A stretch of DNA of 64,000 nt from Pelagomonas calceolata (Eukaryota), in the NCBI GenBank assembly GCA_918797485.1, contig CAKKNE010000005.1, forward strand, positions 4,030,001-4,094,000, read 5' to 3'. Made by a program: the position numbers and the translations under genes. The notes below the pieces were generated by a model that saw nothing but the letters and a program-made list of their open reading frames with translations, searched no databases and was not told the DNA's origin. Positions 20,581-32,783 of this stretch are shown piece after piece; positions within the stretch are counted from its first letter, which is position 1, and every line of letters starts with the position of its first letter.

Positions 20581-21048
20581 CTAAGCAGTCAGTGAGGGCA
20601 TCCCTTCGTCGTCGTCGCCCACGGCCCCCCGGCGCCCCGTCTTCGTTTTGGCCTTCTTCGCGAGGCCCTGCTGGACCTTCGTGAAGCGGTGCAACGCCGC
20701 GTAGCGCGCCAGGGCCTTGCCCGTGAGGTCGCCGCGGTAGAACTTGCCCGCAGTCTGGCTCTGGATGGCCTTCGCGGACCTCCTGAAGTTCTTGCGGAGC
20801 GGCGTCTTGTTGAGCGACTTGGACGGCTTCGTCGCGCGCTTGGGCGCCTTCAGGGCCATGACGATCTTGCCGTCCTCGTCCAAATTAATGTCGATGGCCT
20901 TGTCGTTGCAGAGGCCGGACGACTTGTACGTGTTGAGCTGCGTGAGGTTCCCGGGCTCGCGCGAGAACTGGACGCCGTTGCGCTTCACGAGGAAGGACGA
21001 GTTGTTCCTGACATAGAGCCAGGCCTGGCTCGCCGGGAGGGACGTCAT
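20581..21048 (-). CDS. RPL28: 60S ribosomal protein L28e
   Basis: WLYVRNNSSFLVK, FSREPGNL..LNTYKSSGL, YRGDL...ALAR. Confidence 0.9.
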   Translation of the reverse strand: MTSLPASQAWLYVRNNSSFLVKRNGVQFSREPGNLTQLNTYKSSGLCNDKAIDINLDEDGKIVMALKAPKRATKPSKSLNKTPLRKNFRRSAKAIQSQTAGKFYRGDLTGKALARYAALHRFTKVQQGLAKKAKTKTGRRGAVGDDDEGMPSLTA

Positions 21049-21632
21049 CTTGAGTGGCACCTGCGGCGGGCGCGCGGGCTCGGCGGCGGCGTTGGCGGTG
21101 CGAGGCGGCGAGAGCTCTCGTTTGCAGCGTCTCTGTTGCGTCTCAAACGTGTGGGCGCATTGGCTCGGCTGCGGAGAGCGCGCGCGCCGCCAATGGCCGC
21201 CAGCGAGAGGTGCAGCGTATTTGACCGCTTGCGCGGCGAATTTCGCCCTCTCTTTTGGCAGAGCAGCAACCGTGGTGCATCGGCTAACGCGTCGACTATT
21301 CCTTACGTAGTTTTATGGGCGCAGGTGTGCACAGTGGCTCGTCTCCAAAACCACTTGCTCGAGTCGCTGATTCGGGTTTTGCCGACAAGAAAGCTCCAAA
21401 AAACACAGACCAGCCGTCGGGCGCGGCGCCGAGCCGTCCCCGGCACGCCTAGAAACCCACGCTGCGAACGTGCGGGGTCCGGCAGCCAAATCGCCCCGAG
21501 GAGCGCAATAAAACGAGCGCTTGCCGCGGCGGAGAGGCTGCCCGGCACGCGCCGCGAGGGACGAGCGGACGGCGCGCGCCCGCGGGCCGCGCAAGCACGG
21601 CCAAGATCGCCGCCACACCCATTAAATTAGAG

Positions 21633-24600
21633 ATGGCCGAGGGGGCCGAGATGGTGCCCATGACGCCGCGCGAGGAGCCCGGCACGACGGTGGCGAAGGC
21701 CGAGGCGATGGCAAAGGCAGGCCCGAAGACTGGCAAGAAGAAGAGTCTGTCCCAGAAATTACTGAGGCAAATGAGCTCGCGCCAAGGACCCGAGACGCGC
21801 AAGGTGAGAGTCGGGGGCTACGATCCCACACACAGCAAGGACAACGTCGTCACGACGTCGAAGTTCACGTGGTGGAATTTTCTGCCCCTGGCCCTCATGG
21901 CCGAGTTTAGGAGGATGGCCAATTTGTATTTCCTATGTGTCGCTATTCTCATGCTGCTAGCGGAGGAGACAGGATGGTACAACACCCCTTATCCCAGTGT
22001 TTGGACGGTCGGGGTCCTGGCGTTTCTCATCTCCATATCAGTGTTGAATGCTGGATTGACGGACCTCAAGCGCCATCGAGCCGACGCGAAGATGAACGCG
22101 ACCCCTGTCACAGTAGTCTCAAGGGACCATGCGACGAAGCTGCGACACATCCGGCCGGGCGACGTGGTTGTCGTTCACAGAGGAGAAACGGCCCCCGTAG
22201 ACTTTGTGGTACTCGCCGGCGCTGGTGAAGCCGCGACGTGCTACATCGACACTGCGGCCATCGACGGCGAGACGTCGCTCAAGCTAAGACGGGCCGCGCC
22301 GCTCACGCAGCCCTGGCAGGATCCTAAAGGAGAGACGGACGATGCTCAAGCCATTGAAGGTAGTACACAGTTCAAAGGAGAGGTCGAGTGCGACCTGCCG
22401 AACGAGCACGTGAACGCGTTTACGGGTTCAATCACGCCGGATGGTGAATCCGTAAAAGCTCTGGGGAAGGAGCACGTGATCTTGAGAGGTAGCGAGGTCC
22501 ACTCGTTATGGGTTGTTGGGGTCTGCGTCTACGCGGGCTTCGAGACGAAGCTGGCCAAAAACATGCGCGAGGCCCCGATCAAGTTCTCGCAGCTCGACCG
22601 CATCGCGAACAGCGCGGTCATCGTCATCCTCTGCTTCCAGTTCGCGCTGTCGTTTGCTTCTGCCGCGGGGATGTCCGGTTTTGAAAGAGCCAACGACAAG
22701 GACCTGTGGTATACTGGTCTGAAATCGTCCATTGATGCGCATAGTAGTGTCTCGGCGAAGTGGGCCGACCTCGAGCCTCGCGATAGACAAGATTTGGGGT
22801 TCGGGTTCCTGACCTTCGTGATCATGCGCGTTTATCAGCGTCTGACGCCGTCGCCGCGTCGACGGCGTGGAGGGGGCCGCACCGTCTCGCGGGACGCGCG
22901 ACCGCCGAGATGCGACCGTCACGCCCCCGCCGCGCCGTCGACGCGAGCGCCACGCGCAGGTACTGCTTCTTCGTGCCCATGAGCCTGTACGTGACGTTCG
23001 ACCTCGCCAAGATCTCGCAGATGAAGTACATCGACTGGGACGCGGAGATGGTCCACCCCGTGGACGGGGTGGACGTCCACGCCAAAGCCCGAAGTCTCAG
23101 TGTCACGGACCTTGGGCAAGTCAAGTACATTTTTTCGGACAAGACGGGCACGCTCACGAGGAATGAAATGAAGTTACGAAGAGTTGTGGTGCGTGGCAAG
23201 TGCTACGGTCTCGGCGAGAAACACGACGAGGTCTGTGCTGCCGATTATGGCGAAAAAGATGATCCCCTGTCGTGCAAAGCGCTGTATGACCTAGCACAGG
23301 AAAAGGGCAAGACCGACAGTGAGGCCTGGTGCGCCCTGAAGATGGTCGAGTCCTTCATGTTGTGTAATACGGTCATCGTGGAGCAGCCCGAGGAAGATGA
23401 TGACAAGGTTCACTACCAGGCGGAGTCGCCCGACGAAGGGGCCTTGGTCGAGGGCGGCAAGATGTGCGGCTACACTTTGAGTGCGAGGACGCAGAAGGAG
23501 CTAGTGGGTAGTGTCGGGCCGCCCCACAGCCCCGCGGTCACGACGAAGTACGAAATATTGGCGACCAACGAATTTGACAACGACCGCAAAAGGATGTCCA
23601 TCGTCCTACGCGACTTACAGACGAAGAAAATTGTGTTCTTCTGCAAGGGGGCCGATTCCAGTATGTTGGAGCGGGCGGACCCCGCGTCCATCGAACGAAG
23701 CGGCGACTTCACTAAAACCATTGACGCGTATGCCGTGACCGGTCTGCGGACGCTCGTCTACTCGGCGAACGAGTGGAGCGAGAAGCAGTGGTCTGAGTGG
23801 AATTCCAAGCATTACGAGCCTGCTAGTACGTCCTTACAGGGTCGGGAGGAGAAGCTGCGAGCCGCGGCCGATGTGGCTGAACGCAATCTAGATGTTATTG
23901 GTGCGACGGCCATCGAAGACCGCTTGCAGGAAGGTGTGCCCGAGACCATCGCGACGCTAGCCGCTGCCGAAATAAGGTTATGGGTATTAACCGGAGACAA
24001 GAGGGAGACGGCCATCGAGATTGCGCGATCTTGCCGACTCATTGTGGAAGACATGCCCGTGGATGTGCTAGCTTCCGACGTGGCGGAACAGACGCTGGTG
24101 GCGGATCTCTGCCAGTTATATGCGAGGGAAGTGACGAGGGATCAATACACCAAAGCGCAAAAGGGTCTCGCGCCCTTCTCGCTCAAGCTCAAGAGATATG
24201 CGAAGCAGTGCGTCTACGGCAAGGACAAGGCTTTAACACCTGAAGAATTAGAAGAAGCTATCGAGAACGAATTGGTCAAGAGACTCGGGCCGGACGCGCG
24301 CGTGAACCTCGATCCGCCGCGAGCCGGTCGGTCGGCCTTAGTGTTGGATGGCGGTGCCGTGCGTGTCCTGTTCGCGGCGGGACCGGCCCTAGAAGTGATA
24401 CTGTTCCGATTACTGGCGCAGTACAAAGCGGTGCTCGCTTGCCGCGTGACGCCCAAACAGAAGGCTCAGTTCGTGAAATTAGTCCAGACGCACATCAAGC
24501 CCAAGCCCGTCACTTTAGCGATTGGCGACGGCGCGAACGACGTGAACATGATCATGCAGGCCCAGGTCGGCGTCGGGATCTGCGGGCTGGAGGGCAGGCA

Positions 24601-25579
24601 GGCCGTGAACGCGGCCGATTTTGCGATCGGCCAGTTCCGCTTTTTGTTGCGGTTATTGCTGGTCCATGGGCGGTGGGCCTACCGCCGATCCGCGACGTTG
24701 ATACTCTTCAGCTTCTACAAGAACGCGGTCATGGCCTACTGCCTCTTCTTTTATAGTACGTCGACTGGATTTAGTGGTACGAGTGTGTACCAGTCGCACT
24801 TCACGTCGGCCTATAATATTTATTTGGCGGCGCAGATCTTCTGGCTGGGCATGTTTGACAGAGACGCGGACGAGGGCTGGATTCTCAGTCATCCGAGGTG
24901 CTACGATAGCGGTAGACTTAACTTGGATCTATCACTGAAGGCGGTGTTGGCGTGGCAGGTCAACGCCGTGTTGCATGGCATCGTCATCTACTATGTCGGG
25001 TACGGGGCCATGAGACATGGCCGGGGCGGCGTCTACGACAGCGGCAGCCTCGGCATATTTGGGACCACGCTCATGATCGTGATTGCTGTAAGCATGAACT
25101 TCAAGGCCTTCGTATCTTCACGCACAATAAATAACGTGACGGGCGGCTGCGGGGAAGAAGGTGGGTTAGGCCCATTAGGCTTCATGGCGTCGCACAAAGT
25201 GGTCCTCTTCCTGAACCTCGCCTTCTTCTTCGGCATGTCCTGGTACGCGTCGACGCCGGCCTGCGCCGAGGACACGACGGCGGCGGACATGATGGAGTAC
25301 TGGGGCGTGACCCACCATACGTTCGCGGCGGGGCACACGTGGCTCGTGGCCCTCTTAGTGTTCGGGACCTGGTTGTTCGTGGACTGGGTGGCGCTGGCGT
25401 GCAAGTGGAACTTCAACGCTACCGCGGTTGATGCGTTAGTGGAGCGGTCGCATATTGCCCGGTGGACGCTGGACCCCTCCACCAAACCATTCTTCTTCTC
25501 GAAGGTCGCGCACGTGCTCCCCGCCGAGGCGCAGCGCGTCGCTCCCACCGAGAAAGTTGGGCGCGAAAGCGCCGAATAA
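21633..25579 (+). CDS. P4-type ATPase (phospholipid flippase); 2 exons with predicted GC-AG intron 22826-22959
   Basis: EFRRMANLYFL, IDGETSLK, spliced FVIMYCFFVPMSLYV, DKTGTLT, YQAESPDEGAL, LTGDKRETA, GDGANDV. Confidence 0.92.
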
Positions 25580-25885
25580 ATCCCCCTCCCCCTCCTAAGA
25601 GCTGGTTTGCTTCGTCTCCCGTCTAGCGCTTGTCGCCGATTCCTCGGCTGCGACCGGTGAGGACGGGGTTTCCACACCGCGCGTTGCGTGTCAGACCCCA
25701 ACACAGACGCATCGCGGTAGAGCACCGCGGTTATACGCATTGCGGCTCACAGGCTCAGGCTAGTTACGTTGCGCGGGTTCCCCGTACCCCTCCTGCTGGC
25801 GAAGAGGCCCGCAGCCAAGAAGCGCAAGCTCTAGGTTATACACAATCCATTATTGCTGGGGGAATGACTATCGCCGTAGTCGGCT

Positions 25886-26374
25886 TTAGGCGCCGCGGCG
25901 CCGCTTGCCCTTGGACGGTTCGACGCCGGACGCGTAGTCGCGGAGGCGCTGCGAGAGCTTGGCCTTGGTGCCCGACGCGGGTAGGCCGTGGGCCCGGCAC
26001 TCCTCCTTGAGCGCGGCCAGGTTCGTGAGCGAGTCGAGGCGCGCGCCGAGGCCCTTGCGCTGGGCCGCCGGCGTCCGGGACTCGTCCTCGCAGCCTTGCT
26101 GGATGTAGGCGGCCCAGTACTTGTCCGTCGGGTCGAGACCTCTAGCTTTGACCATCCTAGTCAAATTCAATCGGCGCGCGCCGACGGGGTCGTGTTCGCG
26201 GCGCCACATCTCCTCGTCCGACCCGTTGAGGTCGACGATGACGGGGCCCATGACGGGCGCCATGAGCTGGTAGAAGAGGCCGTCCCTAAATCTCTGCCGC
26301 TCGGCGGCGCAGTGGGCCCGCCACTCGGGCGTCTGCCAGGGCTCTACTTTCTTGGAGCTCTTCGAGCCGGCCAT
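25886..26374 (-). CDS. Small SAP-domain protein (tandem paralog 1)
   Basis: LAALKEECRAHGLPASGTKAKLSQRL SAP motif; basic C-terminal NLS-like tail. Confidence 0.7.
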   Translation of the reverse strand: MAGSKSSKKVEPWQTPEWRAHCAAERQRFRDGLFYQLMAPVMGPVIVDLNGSDEEMWRREHDPVGARRLNLTRMVKARGLDPTDKYWAAYIQQGCEDESRTPAAQRKGLGARLDSLTNLAALKEECRAHGLPASGTKAKLSQRLRDYASGVEPSKGKRRRGA

Positions 26375-26775
26375 ATTTTCAGATCGCGCGGCGGAGTTCT
26401 CGGGAACCTCTCGCCGGCGTGGGTGTCAGTGAAAGTTGCGAGCCCGCGGCGGCGTTTATCCGGCGAGTTTTTGGGCCTACTAATGAGGCCCTTGAGATTC
26501 CTCGGCCGGCGGTCGCGTCGCGCCGCGGAGGTTTATGTTAGAGTTCGCTTTGAAGTTGATGCAGCGCAGAACAAAATTGCCGGCGCCGTCGAGGGATCAT
26601 GTGGGTCGGCAAGGATGCTCTGCGCGCGTCAAATATCCCGCGGGCGTCCTAGCGCGGCGGTATGACGGCCAATTCGATTCGCGCGGCTGGTGACGTCGGT
26701 AGCTCCAGAGACACACTAGCGCCAGAAAAAAAAACAATCAAGATCGTGGTGCAATCAGTTCACAACAACTAAAAC

Positions 26776-27255
26776 TTATTTCCCCAAGGAACTCTCCCTC
26801 CGTCGCTCGAGAATCTCCGCTGTCCGTCGCCGCTTCGCCGGCAACGGATCGGGCTGGTCCGGGTGGTAGACGCGCGCGGCGAGGCTCTCCGTCGAACCCG
26901 ACGCGCTGATGCCGTATTCTATACATGCCTTCTTCAGATCAGCGAGGCTTTCGGCCGTGACGTGCCACATCTCCTCGTCGCTGCGTTCCGGCGCGGATCG
27001 CCCCTCACCGGAGTCACCGCTCGCGACGCAGCCATAACGAGCCGCGAGGCTCTCGACCAAGTCGGATTCGTACGGCTTGACTTGCCGCGCCGCCTCGCGC
27101 TCCTGCGCGCAGTGCGCTCGCCAGGCGGGCGCCTCCCACGGCTTCGCATCCGGTTTGTCCTCCGGCTCTGGCGCCGCATCGCTCGCATTGCTCTCTTTGC
27201 GCGCCGTGTCGCTCGAATTGCTCAACTTACGCATCAATGCTGGTGGTTTTGTCAT
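26776..27255 (-). CDS. Small SAP-domain protein (tandem paralog 2)
   Basis: LADLKKACIEYGISASGSTESLAARV; shares PW..P.WRAHCA.ER and SDEEMW with paralog 1. Confidence 0.65.
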   Translation of the reverse strand: MTKPPALMRKLSNSSDTARKESNASDAAPEPEDKPDAKPWEAPAWRAHCAQEREAARQVKPYESDLVESLAARYGCVASGDSGEGRSAPERSDEEMWHVTAESLADLKKACIEYGISASGSTESLAARVYHPDQPDPLPAKRRRTAEILERRRESSLGK

Positions 27256-27427
27256 CTTATACAGTGCGCCTGCTTGGAGCAAGTGAGTTGAGTTTGTTGC
27301 AGCGCTGCTCTCTGCGCGGCCCAGGAATGACTTAGTCCTGACAAATGGATGCAGAACAAGTGCTGCGCGTAGGAATAGGTCCAGACGTACAGCTTGCGGC
27401 TCGCTGGCGCGCCAGCAGCAGCATTAG

Positions 27428-27449
27428 CTAGCGACCTGAAAGACACTAG
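27428..27449 (-). promoter_or_regulatory. Recurrent upstream motif copy (CTAGTGTCTTTCAGGTCGCTAG on minus)
   Basis: Upstream of and co-oriented with the minus-strand gene starting at 27255. Confidence 0.5.
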
Positions 27450-27518
27450 CAGGACGTTTGCGGCGAGGTAGTCCTCGGCTAGGGCGAGCTCTGAACTGCG
27501 ACATAAGTGAATGTAAAG

Positions 27519-28472
27519 TTATGCCTGGCCTTTGAAGTCTTTGGGTAGCGTTCTCGCGTCGCGCACGCCCGGGCGGACGACCAGGACCTCAAACTGGTCC
27601 GCGCGCGACGCGAGGTCCTCGGCGGACACGCATTCGAGTCGCGGGGTGCACCACGCGGGGTCGAGCAGCACAAGCCGGCGCCGCGACACGCCGACGACGG
27701 CGCGGCTGTGTCCATCGAAGGCGAGGAGCGCCGGCGGGAGGAGCTCCGCGCCCCACCCGACGCCGTCGCCGCGGCCGTCGAAGTAGAGCGCGAGGCGCTC
27801 GACAAGGTCCTGCGCCGCCGACAGGGCCGTCGCGCCAACCGCCTTCCCGTCGAAGCCCACGACGTTCGCCCGGACGCCCGCTCTTCGCAAGGCCGCGCCC
27901 GCCTCGACGCACCCGATCCACGCGTCCAAGCCCGTCGAACCCACGAACTCCGCCCCTTTCAACCTTTTCCAGATCAGGGATGCGCCCTTGAACCCGAAGC
28001 CGTCAAGCCAGCCCTCCTGGATCGCGCCCTGGATTTCGCGCACCGACGCGACGACGCTCGACGCCCGAACGAGACCGCACGCCCGGAGCGCTCGGCTGTA
28101 CTCGTCCAACGTGCAGAGCGCGAAGATCAGCGTCATGAACGTCCTGTAACAGCACGTCGAGTCGCCGCGCCGCTGCGAGAAGAGCCGTACCGCATCGTCG
28201 GGCCGCGCCAGGTCGGCGGGCTCCGTGCCGAGCTTCTGCCGGATCGCCTCGAGCGCGGGCACCGACGTCGGCGCCGGGTCCTCGACGCGGCGCCGCTTCG
28301 CGTCTCGTGAGGCGTTGGGCGCGTCCGGCGCGGCGTCGCTGGTGGAAGCGGCGTCGTCTTCGGACGTGGCCGACGGCGCGTCGCGCTTCTTGGTCGACGC
28401 CGCGGCGCTCGAGCGGTCGATCAGTGAGTTTGCTGAGTCCTCTGATTGCGAGGCGTCGTTCGTCGCGCTCAT
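27519..28472 (-). CDS. Peptidase C78 (ZUP1/Mug105/UFSP-like) cysteine protease
   Basis: CCYRT catalytic-Cys region, IQGAIQEGWLDGF, WIGCVEA, GHSRAVVG, LVLLDP. Confidence 0.7.
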   Translation of the reverse strand: MSATNDASQSEDSANSLIDRSSAAASTKKRDAPSATSEDDAASTSDAAPDAPNASRDAKRRRVEDPAPTSVPALEAIRQKLGTEPADLARPDDAVRLFSQRRGDSTCCYRTFMTLIFALCTLDEYSRALRACGLVRASSVVASVREIQGAIQEGWLDGFGFKGASLIWKRLKGAEFVGSTGLDAWIGCVEAGAALRRAGVRANVVGFDGKAVGATALSAAQDLVERLALYFDGRGDGVGWGAELLPPALLAFDGHSRAVVGVSRRRLVLLDPAWCTPRLECVSAEDLASRADQFEVLVVRPGVRDARTLPKDFKGQA

Positions 28473-29101
28473 TTCGCGTCGCGGGGCATTTGTGGCATTC
28501 GTGAGAGTGTCCTGACGTGGCTCACTCCTATAAAATGAGCGCTCGAGCCGAGCAAAAGGCACCCTTTGCGCCTCCCAAAGTGTGAAGAGAGGAAGCGTCC
28601 AAACGGGCCACCATTGCTCCCGCTGCTCATCAACGACTCGTATAGCGCGCTACGAAAACTCTCGCGCTAAAAAAAAATTCGGCTTGGCTGAGATGATGTG
28701 CGGCCACGCACGTCGAGCGGCCGCAAACTGCGGCTGCACCGACGTGCTGAACAAATAAACCATGCGAAACGCAAGGCAGCAGCCCTGAGCAGCCCGCGCA
28801 AATCGCAAAATGCTGCGTTTCGCGCTAGTATGCTTCGTTTTAGCTCGAGGCTTCGAGGCCTCGCGGTCAAATTTGAACGCGTACGAGCAACCGCTGCAGC
28901 AGAGCTGCTCGCAGTGGCAATTTCGACGGCAGCAGTGGTCACCGCGTGCACTCAAACCGCCAGCGTTGACGCGCAGCTGCTGCAAAAACAGCAGGGCTGA
29001 GCCCTCCAGCAGATCTCTGAAAAAGCGCGCGCTCGGCTGCCGACGCGCGCCGCCGTGCAACACCACACGCGCCGCGCCTCGCGGAACACCCGCGCGCGAA
29101 G

Positions 29102-32100
29102 ATGTGGCCGCGCGGCCTGCTCTGCACGCTCCTCGCGGCCACCGCCGCCGCGACCCCGACCGATGGCGGAACGACTTTCGTCGAGCGCACGCCGTTAGAC
29201 AAGATATGGTGCCCGATCGCGCGGGCCCCGGGCTCGCTGGACGTCTGTGGTCTGGTCGGGAAGATCACGCCTCGGTTCTCGTCGTGTGCCTGCGAGCTGG
29301 CGTACGTGATGGCGACGTTCCTGCTGGCGTACTACTTGTACCTCGAGGCGGAGGAGCGCGGCGTGGACTCGAGCCTCCAGTACGAGCAGTTGCTCCAGTG
29401 GATTTCGGTCTTCAACCAGCACTACTCGCGCGAGTTTGCGCTCCTCGAGATGACGTGGCCGCTGCTGTCCGGGTTGCGGTCTTTGACTTCCCGACGGTCT
29501 GCCAAAGGCTACGGCTTGAGTCCTCGCCCCGCCGTCGACCTCGTCCAGGCGCAGAAGGACGTCGGCCGGTCGTTTTGGGCCAAGTACTTCTGTTCCGACC
29601 GGTGCGCGAATCAAGTTTCACAAGCGCCTTCGACGCCATCGACGCGACATCTGGTCGACGACGTGGCGGCACGGGTCTCTTGCCACTCGATTTAGCCAGT
29701 ACGCAAAGCGCACATGATTCACGGGTTGATTTACACAGGCTCCGACTACTACATGAGCCGCTACGTCTTCGACGTCCTGGCCTACTCGGCGCCGGCGCAG
29801 CGCTGGCGGACGTCTCTGGCGCTCCAGTACAACATTCACAACGGCACGGCCATCAACATCGTCATCGTACCCGCGGCGCAAATAGTGCAAAACTACGCGC
29901 ACGCCAACAACAGCGGTCCCGAACCGTGTCGTAGTGCCTTCAACTTGCGGTGTACTGATACGACCCTCTCTCACTCGTCGAACCCCGCGCAGGCAATCAG
30001 GCACACTACCAGGCCGTCTACCAGCACGCGGCCCAGCACTTCCTGCAGCACAACGCGCTGCCGGGCAACGCCCCGCTGCACCAGTTCGTCGGCGACGATG
30101 GCGTCGTCGGCCGGGCCTACGACTTCGACCTCGACGCCATCGACGACGCCGCGGCCGAGGCCGACGACGAGGACGACGAGGACGCGTCCATGCCTGACGC
30201 GGAGCGGGCCGTCGTCGCCATCGTCGCGTCCCACGTCGTCGACGCGCCGGCGGCCGCCGCCGACGCTTTAGATGTGGCCGCGCTGCCGCGCCTCGCCACG
30301 ACGCTCTCGGCGTTCGACGCGTTCTCGGCGCCGCGCCTCGCGTTCATCGCCGCGGCGCCGTCGCGCGCCGAAGGCGCGCGCGACGCGGCGGACGACGGCC
30401 TGGACGCGGGCGCCTTCCTCGATTTAGGGGACTGCGGCGAGCAGCCCTTCGCGGCGACGGCTTCGGCCGGACCCGCTCTACAAGCTCTACACGCCCGGTG
30501 CCCTGAACTGGCCCTGGCGCCGACCTCCTTCATCAGACGCCTCGCGTCGGACCCCGGCGCTCTAGATCGGTTTACCGAAGCTGTAGCGTCGTCCACGACG
30601 CTGGATGCGGCGGCCGGCCGCGACCTCGAGAGCTCTGCTTTTTACGCGCCTACGCTGTTCGCCGGGTGGGACGCGCTGGGCGCTTTAGACGTGTACGACG
30701 CGACGGCTGGCACCGTTCTAGATCGGCCTACGGCGCTACCTTTCGCGGGGGGCGCGCGGACGACCTCCCTACTAATAGCTGCCGGCGCCGACGTGTCGCG
30801 GTCTGGCACGCACAACGCGTCGGGCGACGACGCCCTGCTGCACCTGTTCGCCGGCGCCCTAGGTCCTACTTCTACGGAAGCAGACCCTCCCGACGGCGCG
30901 GCGGCCGCGGACGGCTCGACGGACGCAGTCGACGCGAACGGTGCGGCCGTGCCGGCGACTACGACTACTGCGGCGTCGGTGCTGCGTCCCGAGCAGAAGA
31001 CGCTCTACCAGAAGACGCTCACGACGCTCAAGGACATCCGCAACAACATCCACAAGACCGGCCACCACGGAGGGGACGGGATTCTGAGGGATAGACTCAA
31101 CGATCTCGCCAAAGTTTTGAGGACGCCCTGCGGGAAGCCGATGAATCGCCAAGCGGCCTACATGACTGGTACGTACTGGGAGAAGGAGCCCGGCAAGAAG
31201 AAGCCGAAAAAGCTGTTCCTCACCGACACCCCTTTCCTAGCAGCGCTCATCACGGAGCTCGAGGCGTTCCTCGGCCTGGAGCCTTCGACGGTCGACGAAG
31301 CATCAGATGATGATGACGACGACGCCGAGGAGGCCGTTCCTGATGCGTCTGCGGCGGAGGCCCGCCGCTTACTGGCCAATTTGAGCAGGGACCTCAAGAA
31401 GTCGATGGACTGGCTCAAGGCGCGCTGCGCTCAATTTGAGGTCGACTGCTCGGAGCTCGGCGACAAAAGAGACATTAAGGAAGTGCTGGTCTCGCGGCTC
31501 AAGGAGATCGTGGCGGACGCCGACGAAGCCCTGAGCGTCGAAGCCCGAGCCAAGGTCGTCATGCACCTCATCGCCAAGGAAGCCAAGGGCTCTGGTCTAG
31601 ATGCCGACGAGGACGAGTTCCGCCGCGTGCTTTGGTTTGTGGCGTGCGCCGGACGGGCTATTCCCTTAGAAATTGTGCTGCGGAACGACTTCCTCTCGGC
31701 CGCCCTCGCGTGCTTGCAGAAGACGTTACCTTCCTCGGAGTCGGACGCGCCGCCGCCGGCGAAGGTGCCGCGTACCGCGGCGTCTTATTTAGATAATGAG
31801 CTGTGGGAGAAGATCTGGACGTTGCTCGACGGCGAGGCCGCGGACACGTTGCGGATGGTGTCGCGCGCGGGCAACGCCGTCGTGCCGCAGCGCTTAGCGG
31901 TCTCGATGAAGGGCCGGCGACAGGCGGTCGTGAACGAAGACACGGACCCGAAGTCGCGGCGGACGATGCTGCGGCCCGAGTTCCTGGCGGTGGACGTCAA
32001 CGCGCCGAAGCCCGAGGTGCTCGCAAAGGTTGACGAGATCGCGCGACTGTTGCTGTTAGACCCCGGGAAAAGCACGGTCCACGAGGGTATGGAGGGTCGC

Positions 32101-32736
32101 GCTTCTACGCCCGGGGAGCACATGCGCAATATTACTGATCAAGTTCCTTTCGCTGCGGTCGAGCTCGCGCAGCTCTGTTTGAAGCCCGACGACCGCGACA
32201 AGTGGTTTAGGAAGTGGACGAACGACGACGTCGGGTGCACGATCATTACCCACATCAAGACGCACTCGGTGAAGAAATTACTGGAGCATTACGTCGACGG
32301 GATTCTGCGGGGCGAGACGGAGCATGTTTTAGATAAGGTCGTGTCGACGCCGTCGGCGTACGTCGAGGTCACGCTTAGGACGTCGCTGGAGACGTATCGG
32401 GACGCGAGCGACACTTTGCGGGGGTGCTTCATGGACACGAAGAAGACGATCCCGTCGGGCAACTACGGCAACGCGCGCAAGCACTCTACGCCGGCAGCTA
32501 TTAAGATTATTAGGGACGCGACCGTCGCGATCGAGGCGCGGCTCGCGGTGCTGACGAAGGACTACCCGGCCAAGTTCGACAAGGCCGTCAAATTCTTCCT
32601 AGGGCGGTTCAAGCCCAAGGACGACGCCGAGGCGGCGGAGGCCGCGGCGTGGCGGTCGTGGCTCCAGAATCCGAACCACGTCAACGCGGTCGCGCGGAAG
32701 GCGGCCGGCGAGGTCAAGAAGAAGCGGCGTAAGTAG
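29102..32736 (+). CDS. Large hypothetical protein (~1130 aa); 3 exons (introns 29592-29738, 29916-29992)
   Basis: Two GT-AG introns join ORFs 29102, 29714 and 30190 in frame; no recognisable domain; basic C-terminal KKKRRK. Confidence 0.55.
29592..29738 (+). mobile_element. Degenerate introner (147-nt intron)
   Basis: TSD GTTCCGAC / GCTCCGAC (7/8), decayed TIRs CGGTGCGCGAATCAA...TTGATTTACACAG, ACGCCATCGA core. Confidence 0.75.
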
Positions 32737-32783
32737 TGATGTGAATTATGTAACGAAGGATTATGTACCCCAGGGAAGGAGAC

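Noticed and set aside
21049..21130. GTG-start N-terminal extension of RPL28
   Set aside because: The CGCAG just upstream looks like a 5'-UTR intron acceptor, and ATG 21048 gives a normal-length protein
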